From assembly GCA_964016885.1 (NCBI GenBank), contig OZ024743.1, positions 135,842,001 to 135,906,000 on the forward strand: DNA of 64,000 bases, in the 5' to 3' direction. Below the pieces are notes generated by a model. The model was not told the DNA's origin, made no database searches, and worked only from the letters and a program-made list of their open reading frames with translations. Positions within the stretch are counted from its first letter, which is position 1. Each line of letters starts with the position of its first letter. A program made the position numbers and the translations under genes. The DNA comes from Eledone cirrhosa (taxonomy: Eukaryota). Shown in pieces: positions 51,301 through 61,600 of this stretch.

Positions 51301-54300
51301 GTGCTTGGTGTTAGGTGTTTGGTGCTTGGTACTTGGTGTTTGGTGTTTGGTGCTTGGTGTTTGGTGTTTGGTGTTATATGCTTGGTGTTTGATGCTTGGT
51401 GCTTGGTGCTTGGTGTTTGGTGCTTCGTGTTTGATGCTTGGTGCTTGGTGCTTGGTGTTTGGTGCTTGGTGCTTGGTGTTTGTACTTGGTGCTTGGTGCT
51501 TGGTTCTTGGTGTTTGGTGCTTGGTGCTTGGTGTTTGGTGCTTGGTGTTTGGTGCTTGGTGCTTGGTGCTTGGTGCTTGGTGCTTGTTGCTTGGTGTTTG
51601 GTGCTTGGTGTTAGGTGTTTGGTGCTTGGTGCTTGGTGTTTGGTGTTTGGTGCTTGGTGTTTGATGCTTGGTGTTTGGTGTTAGGTGTTTGGTGCTTGGT
51701 GTTTGGTGTTTGGTGCTTGGTGTTTGGTGCTTGGTGTTTGGTGCTTGGTGTTTGGTGCTTGGTACTTGGTGCTTGGTGCTTGTTGTTAGGTGTTTGGTGC
51801 TTGGTGCTTGGTGTTTGGTGAATGGTGCTTGGTGTTTTGTGCTTGGTGTTTGTTGTTTGGTGCTAGGTTCTTGGTGTTTGGTGCTTGGTGCTTGGTGCTT
51901 GGTGTTTGGTGTTTGGTGCTTGGTGCTTGGTGTTTGGTGCTTGGTGCTGGGTGGTTGGTGTTTAGTGCTTGGTGTTTGGTGCTGGGTGCTTGGTGTTTGG
52001 TGCTTGGTGCTTGGTCTTTGGTGCTTGGTGTTTGGTGTTTGGTGCTTGGTGCTTGGTGCTTGGTGTTTGGTGCTTGGTGCTTGGTGTTTGGTGCTTGGTG
52101 CTTAGTGTTTGGTGCTTGGTGCTTAGTGTTTGGTGCTTGGTGCTTGGTGTTTGGTGCTTGGTGCTTGGCGTTTGGTGCCTGGTGCTTGGTGTTTGGTGTT
52201 TGGTGTTTGGTGCTTGGTGCTTGGTGTTTGGTGTTTGCTGTTTGCTGTTTGGTGTTTGTTGTTTGGTGTTTGTTGTTTGGTGTTTGCTGTTTGGTGTTTG
52301 GTGTTTGCTTTTTGGTGTTTGGTGTTTGGTGCTTGGTGTTTGGTGCTTGGTGTTTGGTGCTTGGTGCTTGGTGTTTGGTGCCTGGTGCTTGGTGCTTGGT
52401 GCTTGGTGTTTGGTGTTTGGTGCTTGGTGCTTGGATTTTGGTGTTTGGTGCTTGGTGCTTGGTGTTTCGTGTTTCGTGTTTGGTTTTTGGTGATTGGTGC
52501 TTGGTGCTTGGTCCTTGGTGTTTGGTGCTGGGTGCTTTGTGTTTGGTGCTTGGTGCTTGGTGCTTGGTGTTTGGTGTTTGCTGCTTGGTGTTTGATGCTT
52601 GGTGCTTGGTGCTTGGTGTTTTGTGTTTGGTGCTTGGTGCTTGGTGTTTGGTGCTTGGTGCTTGGTGCTTGGTGTTTGTACTTGGTTCTTGGTGATTGGT
52701 GTTTGGTTCTTGGTTCTTGGTGTTTGGTGTTTGGCATTTGGTGTTTGGTGCTTGGTGCTTGGTGTTTGGTGCTTGGTGCTTGATGTTTGGTGCCTGGTGC
52801 TTGGTGCTTGGTGCTTGGTGTTTGGTGTTTGGTGCTTGGTGCTTGGTGCTTGGAGTTTGGTGTTTGGTGCTTGGTGCTTGGTGTTTTGTGTTTGGTGTTT
52901 GGTTTTTGGTGCTTGGTGCTTGGTGCTTGGTGCTTGGTGTTTGGTGTTTGGTGTTAGGTGTTTGGTGCTTGGTGCTTGGTGTTTGGTGTTTGGTGCTTGG
53001 TGTTTGGTGCTTGGTGTTTGGTGTTAGGTGTTTGGTGCTTGGTGTTTGGTGTTTGGTGCTTGGTGTTTGGTGCTTGGTGTTTGGTGCTTGGTGTTTGGTG
53101 CTTGGTACTTGGTGCTTGGTGCTTGGTGTTAGGTGTTTGGTGCTTGGTGCTTGGTGTTTGGTTTTTGGTGCTTGGTGCTTGGTGTTTGGTGTTTGGTGCT
53201 TGCTGCTGGCTGCTTGGTGTTTGATGCTTGGTGATTGGTGCTTGGTGTTTTGGGCTTGGTGTTTGGTGTTTGGTGCTAGGTGCTTGGTGTTTGGTGCTTG
53301 GTGCTTGGTGCTTGGTGTTTGGTGTTTGGTGCTTGGTGCTTGGTGATTGGTGCTTGGTGCTGGGTGGTTGGTGTTTAGTGCTTGGTGTTTAGTGCTGGGT
53401 GCTTGGTGTTTGGTGCTTGGTGCTTGGTCTTTGGTGCTTGGTGCTTGGTGTTTGGTGCTTGGTGCTTGGTGCTTGGTGTTTGGTGCTTGGTGCTTGGTGC
53501 TTGGTGTTTGGTGCTTGGTGCTTAGTGTTTGGTGCTTGGTGCTTAGTGTTTGGTGCTAGGTGCTTGGTGTTTGGTGCTTGGTGCTTGGTGTTTGGTGCCT
53601 GGTGCTTGGTGTTTGGTGTTTGGTGTTTGGTGCTTGGTGCTTGGTGTTTGGTGTTTGTTGTTTGGTGTTTGTTGTTTGGTGTTTGTTGTTTGGTGTTTGC
53701 TGTTTGGTGTTTGGTGTTTGCTTTTTGGTGTTTGGTGTTTGCTGTATGTTGTTTGCTGTTTGGTGTTTGGTGTTTGGTGTTTGGTGCTTGGTGTTTGGTG
53801 CTTGGTGCTTGGTATTTAGTGCCTGGTGCTTGGTGCTTGGTGCTTGGTGTTTGGTGTTTTGTGCTTGGTGCTTGGATTTTGGTGTTTGGTGCTTGGTGAT
53901 TGGTGATTCGTGTTTCGTGTTTGGTTTTTGGTGATTGGTGCTTGGTGCTTGGTCCTTGGTGTTTGGTGCTGGGTGCTTTGTGTTTGGTGCTTGGTGCTTG
54001 GTGCTTGGTGTTTGGTGTTTGCTGCTTGGTGTTTGATGCTTGGTGCTTGGTGCTTGGTGTTTTGTGTTTGGTGCTTGGTGCTTGGTGTTTGGTGCTTGGT
54101 GCTTGGTGCTTGGTGTTTGTACTTGGTGCTTGGTGATTGGTGTTTGGTTCTTGGTTCTTGGTGTTTGGTGTTTGGCGTTTGGTGTTTGGTGTTTGGTGCT
54201 TGGTGTTTGGTGCTTGGTGCTTGGTGTTTGGTGCCTGGTGCTTGGTGCTTGGTGCTTGGTGTTTGGTGTTTGGTGCTTGGTGCTTGGTGCTTGGAGTTTG

Positions 54301-55000
54301 GTGTTTGGTGCTTAGTGCTTGGTGTTTTGTGTTTGGTGTTTGGTTTTTGGTCCTTGGTGCTTGGTCCTTGGTGTTTGGTGCTGGGTGCTTTGTGTTTGGT
54401 GCTTGGTGCTTGGTGTTTGGTGTTTGCTGCTTGGTGTTTTGTGCTTGGTGCTTGGTGCTTGGTGTTTGTACTTGGTGCTTGGTGCTTGGTGTTTGGTTCT
54501 TGGTTCTTGGTGTTTGGTACTTGGTGCTTGGTGCTTGATGTTTGGTGTTTGATGCTTGGTGTTTGGTGCTTGGTGCTTGGTGCTTGGTGTTGGTGTTTGG
54601 TGCTTGGTCCTTGGTGTTTGGTGCTTGGTGTTTGGTGTTTGCTGTTTGGTGTTTGGTGTTTGGTGTTTGGTGTTTGCTGTTTGGTGTCTGCTTTTTGGTG
54701 TTTAGTGTTTGCTGTATGGTGTTTGGTGTTTGCTGTTTGGTGTTTGGTGTTTGGTGCTTGGTGTTTGGTGCTTGGTGCTTGGTGTTTGGTGTTTGGTGCT
54801 TTGTGCTTGGTGTTTGGTGTTTGGTGCTTGGTGTTTGGTGTTTGGTGCTTGGTGTCTGGTGCTTGGTGTTTGGTGTTTGGTGCTTGCTGCTGGCTGCTTC
54901 GTGTTTGATGCATGGTGATTGGTGCTTGGTGTTTGGTGCTTGGTGTTTGGTGTTTGATGCTTGGTGCTTGGTGCTTGGTGTTTGGTGCTTGGTGCTTGAT
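30400..55000. repeat. Older, rearranged multi-kb higher-order repeats (related blocks recurring at ~4.2-5.8 kb spacings)
   Basis: Related ORF/landmark pairs: 32277/38095 (5818), 33634/39382 (5748), 38095/42339 (4244), 42395/48100 (5705), 35353/40240 (4887). Offsets are not constant and more private substitutions are present. Confidence 0.7.
33900..35400. repeat. Local duplication at 840-bp offset (exactly 120 heptamers; 833 at the distal end)
   Basis: Printed lines 34021, 34081, 34141, 34261 and 34321 are identical to lines 34861, 34921, 34981, 35101 and 35161. Lines 34201 and 35041 differ by one base. Confidence 0.9.
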
Positions 55001-55699
55001 GTTTGGTGCTTGGTGCTTGGTGTTTGGTGCTTGGTGTTTGGTGCTTGGTGCTTGGTGTTTGGTGTTTGGTGCTTGGTGTTGGGTGCTTGGTACTTGGTGC
55101 TTGGTGCTTGGTGTTAGGTGTTTGGTGCTTGGTGCTTGGTGTCTGGTGTCTGGTTTTTGGTGCTTGGTGCTTGGTGTTTGGTGTTTGGTGCTTGCTGCTG
55201 GCTGCTTGGTGTTTGGTGCTTGGTGAATGCTGCTTGGTGTTTGGTGCTTGGTGTTTGTACTTGGTGATTGGTGCTTGGTTCTTGGTGTTTGCTGCTTGGT
55301 GCTTGGTGTTCGGTGCTTGGTGTTTGGTGTTTGGTGCTTGGTGCTTGGTGTTTGGTGCTTGGTGTTTGGTGCTTGGTGTTAAGTGTTTGGTGCTTGGTGC
55401 TTGGTGTTTGCTGTTTGCTGTTTGGTGTTTGGTGTTTGGTGTTTGCTGTTTCGTGTCTACTTTTTGGTGTTTGGTTTTTTGCTGTATGTTGTTTGGTGTT
55501 TGGTGTTTGGTGCTTGGTGCTTGGTGTTTGTACTTAATGCTTGGTGCTTGGTTCTTGGTGTTTGGTGCTTGGTGCTTGGTGTTTGGTGCTTGGTGTTTGG
55601 TGTTTGGTGCTTGGTGTTTGGTGCTTGGTGTTTGGTGCTTGGTGCTTGGTGCTTGGTGCTTGGTGTTTGGTGCTTGGTGTTTGGTGCTTGGTGTTCGAT

Positions 55700-58600
55700 G
55701 CTTGGTGCTTGGTGCTTGGTGTTTGGTGCTTGGTGCTTGGTGTTTGTACTTGGTGCTTGGTGCTCGGTTCTTGGTGTTTGGTGTTTGGTGCTTGGTGTTT
55801 GGTGCTTGGTGCTTGGTGTTTGGTGCTTGGTGTTTGGTGCTTGGTGTTTGGTGCTTGGTGCTTGGTGCTTGGTGCTTGGTGTTTGGTGCTTGGTGTTTGG
55901 TGCTTGGTGTTAGGTGTTTGGTGCTTGGTGCTTGTTGTTTGGTGCTTGGTGTTTGGTGCTTGGTGTTTGGTGTTAGGTATTTGATGCTTGGTGTTTGGTG
56001 TTTGGTGCTTGGTGTTTGGTGCTTGGTGCTTGGTGTTTGGTGTTTGGTGCTTGGTGTTTGGTGCTTGGTACTTGGTGCTTGGTGCTTGGTGTTAGGTGTT
56101 TGGTGCTTGGTGATTGGTTTTTGGTGCTTGGTGCTTGGTGTTTGGTGTTTGGTGCTTGCTGCTGGCTGCTTGGTGTTTGATGCTTGGTGATTGGTGCTTG
56201 GTGTTTGGTGCTTGGTGTTTGGTGTTTGGTGCTAGGTGCTTGGTGTTAGGTGTTTGGTGCTTGGTGCTTGGTGTTTGGTGTTTGGTGCTTGGTGTTTGGT
56301 GTTTGGTGTTTGGTGCTTGGTGTTTGGTGTTTGGTGCTTAGTGTTTGGTGCTTGGTATTTGGTACTTGGTGCTTGGTGTTAGGTGTTTGGTGCTTGGTGC
56401 TTGGTGTTTGGTTTTTGGTGCTTGGTGCTTGGTGTTTGGTGTTTGGTGCTTGCTGCTGGCTGCTTGGTGTTTGGTGCTTGGTGATTGGTGCTTGGTGTTT
56501 GGTGCTAGGTGCTTGGTGCTTGGTGTTTGGTGCTTGGTGCTTGGTGTTTGGTGCTTGGTGCTTGGTGTTTGGTGCTTGGTGCTGGGTGGTTGGTGTTTGG
56601 TGCTTGGTGTTTGGTGCTTGGTGCTTGGTCTTTGGGGCTTGGTGTTTGGTGTTTGGTGCTTGGTGCTTGGTGCTTGGTGTTTGGTGCTTGGTGCTTGGTG
56701 TTTAGTGCTTGGTGCTTAGTGTTTGGTGCTAGGTGCTTGGGGTTTGGTTCTTGGTTCTTGGTGTTAGGTATTTGCTGTTTGCTGTTTGGTGTTTGTTGTT
56801 TGGTGTTTGTTGTTTGGTGTTTGCTGTTTGGTGTTTGGTGTTTGCTGTTTCGTGTCTGCTTTTTGGTGTTTGGTGTTTGCTGTATGTTGTTTGGTGTTTG
56901 GTGTTTGGTGTTTGGTGTTTGGTGCTTGGTGCTTGGTGCTTGGTGTTTGGTGCTTGGTGCTTGGTGTTTGGTGCCTGGTGCTTGGTGCTTGGTGTTTGGT
57001 GTTTGATGCTTGGTGCTTGGTGCTTGGTGCTTGGTGTTTTGTGTTTGGGGTTTGGTTTTTGGTGCTTGGTGCTTGGTGCTTGGTGTTTGGTGTTTGGTGC
57101 TGGGTGCTTTGTGTTTGGTGCTTGGTGTTTGGTGTTTGCTGCTTGGTGTTTGATGCTTGGTGCTTGGTGCTTGGTGATTTGTGTTTGGTGCTTGGTGCTT
57201 GGTGTTTGGTGCTTGGTGCTTGGTGTTTGTACTTGGTGCTTGGTGCTTGGTGTTTGGTTCTTGGTTCTTGGTGTTTGGTACTTGGTGCTTGGTGCTTGGT
57301 GCTTGGTGTTTCGTGTTTGGTGCTTGGTGTTTGGTGCTTGGTGCTTGGTGCTTGGTGCTTGGTGCTTGGTGTTTGGTGCTTGGTGTTTGGTGTTTGCTGT
57401 TTGGTGTTTGATGTTTGGTGTTTGGTGTTTGCTGTTTGGTGTCTGCTTTTTGGTGTTTAGTGTTTGCTGTATGGTGTTTGCTGTTTCGTGTTTGGTGTTT
57501 GTTGTTTGGAGTTTGGTCTTTGGTGCTTGGTGTTTGGTGCTTGGTGCTTGGTGCTTGGTGTTTGGTGTTTGGTGCTTGGTGCTTGGTGTTTGGTGTTTGT
57601 TGTTTGGTGCTTGGTGTCTGGTGCTTGGTGTTTGGTGTTTGGTGCTTGGTGTTTGGTGTTCGGTGTTTGGTGCTTTGTGCTTGGTGTTTGGTGTTCGGTG
57701 TTTGGTGCTTGGTGTTTGGTGTTTGGTGCTTTTTGCTTGGTGCTTGGTGCTTGGTGTTTGGTGCTTGGTGTTTGGTGCTGGGTGCTTGGTGCTTGGTGTT
57801 TGGTGTTTGGTGCTTGGTGCTTGGTGTTTGGTGTTTGGTGTTATATGCTTGGTGTTTGATGCTTGGTGCTTGTTGCTTGGTGTTTGGTGTTTGGCGTTTG
57901 ATGATTGGTGCTTGGTGCTTGGTGTTTGGTGCTTGGTGCTTGGTGTTTGTACTTGGTGCTTGGTGCTTGGTGCTTGGTGTTTGGTGCTTGGTGTTTGGTG
58001 CTTGGTGCTTGGTGCTTGGTGCTTGGTGTTTGGTGGTTGGTGTTTGGTGCTTGGTGTTAGGTGTTTGGTGCTTGGTGCTTGGTGTTTGGTGTTTGGTGCT
58101 TGGTGTTTGGTGTTTGGTGCTTGGTGTTTGGTGCTTGGTACTTGGTGCTTGGTGCTAGGTGTTTGGTGCTTGGAGCATGGTGCTTGGTGTTTGGTGCTTG
58201 GTGCTTGGTGCTTGGTGCTTGGTGTTTGGTGGTTGGTGTTTGGTGCTTGGTGTTAGGTGTTTGGTGCTTGGTGCTTGGTGTTTGGTGTTTGGTGCTTGGT
58301 GTTTGGTGTTTGGTGCTTGGTGTTTGGTGCTTTTTGCTTGGTGCTTGGTGCTTGGTGTTTGGTGCTTGGTGTTTGGTGCTGGGTGCTTGGTGCTTGGTGT
58401 TTGGTGTTTGGTGCTTGGTTCTTGGTGTTTGGTATTTGGTGTTATATGCTTGATGTTTGATCCTTGGTGCTTGGTGCTTGGTGTTTGGTGTTTGGTGCTT
58501 GGTGTTTGATGCTTGGTGCTTGGTGCTTGGTGTTTGGTGCTTGGTGCTTGGTGTTTGGTGCTTGGTGCTTGGTGCTTGCTGTTTGGTGCTTGGTGTTTGG

Positions 58601-61600
58601 TGCTTGGTGCTTGGTGCTTGGTGCTTGCTGTTTGGTGGTTGGTGCTTGGTGCTTGGTGTTAGGTGTTTGGTGCTTGGTGCTTGGTGTTTGGTGTTTGGTG
58701 CTTGGTGTTTGGTGTTTGGTGCTTGGTGTTTGGTGCTTGGTACTTGGTGCTTGGTGCTTGGTGTTAGGTGTTTGGTGCTTGGTGCTTGGTGTCTGGTTTT
58801 TGGTGCTTGGTGCTTGGTGTTTGGTGTTTGGTGCTTGCTGCTGGCTGCTTGGTGTTTGGTGCTTGGTGATTGCTGCTTGGTGTTTGGTGCTTGGTGTTTG
58901 GTGTTTGGTGCTAGGTGCTTGGTGTTTGGTGCTTGCTGCTTGGTGTTTGTACTTGGTGCTTGGTGCTTGGTTCTTGGTGTTTGGTGCTTGGTGCTTGGTG
59001 TTTGGTGCTTGGTGCTTGGTGTTTGGTGCTTGGTGATTGGTGCTTGGTGCTTGGTGCTTGGTGCTTGGTGTTTGGTGCTTGGTGTTTGGTGCTTGGTGTT
59101 AGGTGTTTGTTGCTTGGTGCTTGGTCTTTGGTGTTTGGTGCTGGGTGTTTGGTGTTTGGTGTTATATGCTTGGTGTTTGATGCTTGGTGCTTGGTGCTTG
59201 GTGTTTGGTGCTTGGTGCTTGGTGTTTGTACTTGGTGCTTGTTGCTTGGTGCTTGGTGTTTGGTGATTGGTGCTTGGTGTTTGGTGCTTGGTGCTTAGTG
59301 TTTGGTGCTTGGTGTTTGGTGCTTGGTGTTTGGTGCTTGGTGCTTGGTGCTTGGTGCTTGGTGTTTGGTGCTTGGTGTTTGGTGCTTGGTGTTTGGTGCT
59401 TGGTGCTTGGTGCTTGGTGTTTAGTGTTTGGTGGTTGGTGTTTGGTGTTTGGTGTTAGGTGTTTGGTGCTTGGTGTTTGGTGTTTGGTGCTTGGTGTTTG
59501 GTGCTTGGTGCTTGGTGTTTGGTGTTTGGTGCTTGGTGTTTGGTGCTTGGTACTTGGTGCTTGGTGCTTGGTGTTAGGTGTTTGGTGCTTGGTGCTTGGT
59601 GTTTGGTTTTTGGTGCTTGGTGTTTGGTGTTTGGTGCTTGCTGCTGGCTGTTTGGTGTTTGATGCTTGGTGATTGGTGCTTGGTGTTTGGTGCTTGGTGT
59701 TTGGTGTTTGGTGCTAGGTGCTTGGTGTTTGGTGCTTGGTGCTGGGTGGTTGGTGTTTAGTGTTTGGTGTTTGGTGCTGGGTGCTTGGTGTTTGCTGCTT
59801 GGTGCTTGGTCTTTGGTGCTTGGTGTTTGGTGTTTGGTGCTTGGTGCTTGGTGCTTGGTGTTTGGTGCTTGGTGCTTGGTGTTTGGTGCTTGGTGTTTAG
59901 TGTTTGGTGCTTGGTGCTTAGTGTTTGGTGCTAGGTGCTTGGTGTTTGGTGCTTGGTGTTTAGGTGCCTGGTGCTTGGTGTTTGGTGTTTGGTGTTTGGT
60001 GCTTGGTGCTTGGTGTTTGGTGTTTGCTGTTTGCTGTTTGGTGTTTGTTGTTTGGTGTTTGTTGTTTGGTGTTTGCTGTTTGGTGTTTAGTGTTTGCTGT
60101 ATGTTGTTTGCTGTTTGGTGTTTGGTGTTTGGTGTTTGGTGTTTGGTGCTTGTTCCTTGGTGTTTGGTGCTTGGTGTTTGGTGCCTGGTGCTTGGTGCTT
60201 GGTGCTTGGTGTTTGGTGCTTGGTGCTTGGTGTTTGTACTTGGTGCTTGGTGCTCGGTTCTTGGTGTTTGGTGCTTGGTGCTTGGTGTTTGGTGCTTGGT
60301 GCTTGGTGTTTGGTGCTTGGTGTTTGGTGCTTGGTGTTTGGTGCTTGGTGCTTGGTGCTTGGTGCTTGGTGTTTGGTGCTTGGTGTTTGGTGCTTGGTGT
60401 TAGGTGTTTGGTGCTTGGTGCTTGGTGTTTGGTGCTTGGTGTTTGGTGCTTGGTGTTTGGTGTTAGGTGTTTGATGCTTGGTGTTTGGTGTTTGGTGCTT
60501 GGTGTTTGGTGCTTGGTGCTTGGTGTTTGGTGTTTGGTGCTTGGTGTTTGGTGCTTGGTACTTGGTGCTTGGTGCTTGGTGTTAGGTGTTTGGTGCTTGG
60601 TGATTGGTTTTTGGTGCTTGGTGCTTGGTGTTTGGTGTTTGGTGCTTGCTGCTGGCTGCTTGGTGTTTGATGCTTGGTGATTGGTGCTTGGTGTTTGGTG
60701 CTTGGTGTTTGGTGTTTGGTGCTAGGTGCTTGGTGTTAGGTGTTTGGTGCTTGGTGCTTGGTGTTTGGTGTTTGTTGCTTGGTGTTTGGTGTTTGGTGTT
60801 TGGTGCTTGGTGTTAGGTGTTTGGTGCTTGGTGCTTGGTGTTTGGTTTTTGGTGCTTGGTGCTTGGTGTTTGGTGTTTGGTGCTTGCTGCTGGCTGCTTG
60901 GTGTTTGGTGCTTGGTGATTGGTGCTTGGTGTTTGGTGCTAGGTGCTTGGTGCTTGGTGTTTGGTGCTTGGTGCTTGGTGTTTGGTGCTTGGTGCTTGGT
61001 GTTTGGTGCTTGGTGCTGGGTGGTTGGTGTTTGGTGCTTGGTGTTTGGTGCTTGGTGCTTGGTCTTTGGGGCTTGGTGTTTGGTGTTTGGTGCTTGGTGC
61101 TTGGTGCTTGGTGTTTGGTGCTTGGTGCTTGGTGTTTAGTGCTTGGTGCTTAGTGTTTGGTGCTAGGTGCTTGGGGTTTGGTTCTTGGTTCTTGGTGTTA
61201 GGTATTTGCTGTTTGCTGTTTGGTGTTTGTTGTTTGGTGTTTGTTGTTTGGTGTTTGCTGTTTGGTGTTTGGTGTTTGCTGTTTCGTGTCTGCTTTTTGG
61301 TGTTTGGTGTTTGCTGTATGTTGTTTGGTGTTTGGTGTTTGGTGTTTGGTGTTTGGTGCTTGGTGCTTGGTGCTTGGTGTTTGGTGCTTGGTGCTTGGTG
61401 TTTGGTGCCTGGTGCTTGGTGCTTGGTGTTTGGTGTTTGATGCTTGGTGCTTGGTGCTTGGTGCTTTTGTTTTGTGTTTGGGGTTTGGTTTTTGGTGCTT
61501 GGTGCTTGGTGCTTGGTCCTTGGTGTTTGGTGCTGGGTGCTTTGTGTTTGGTGCTTGGTGTTTGGTGTTTGCTGCTTGGTGTTTGATGCTTGGTGCTTGG

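Noticed and set aside
138-54913. Long - strand ORFs of KHQAPST/KHQTPNT heptads (e.g. 27943..30396, 817 aa), superficially mucin-like or Pol II CTD-like
   Set aside because: Same artefact. Overlapping frames give the same peptide, the 6-bp unit and 1-bp indels shift frames freely, and there is no signal peptide or non-repetitive domain.
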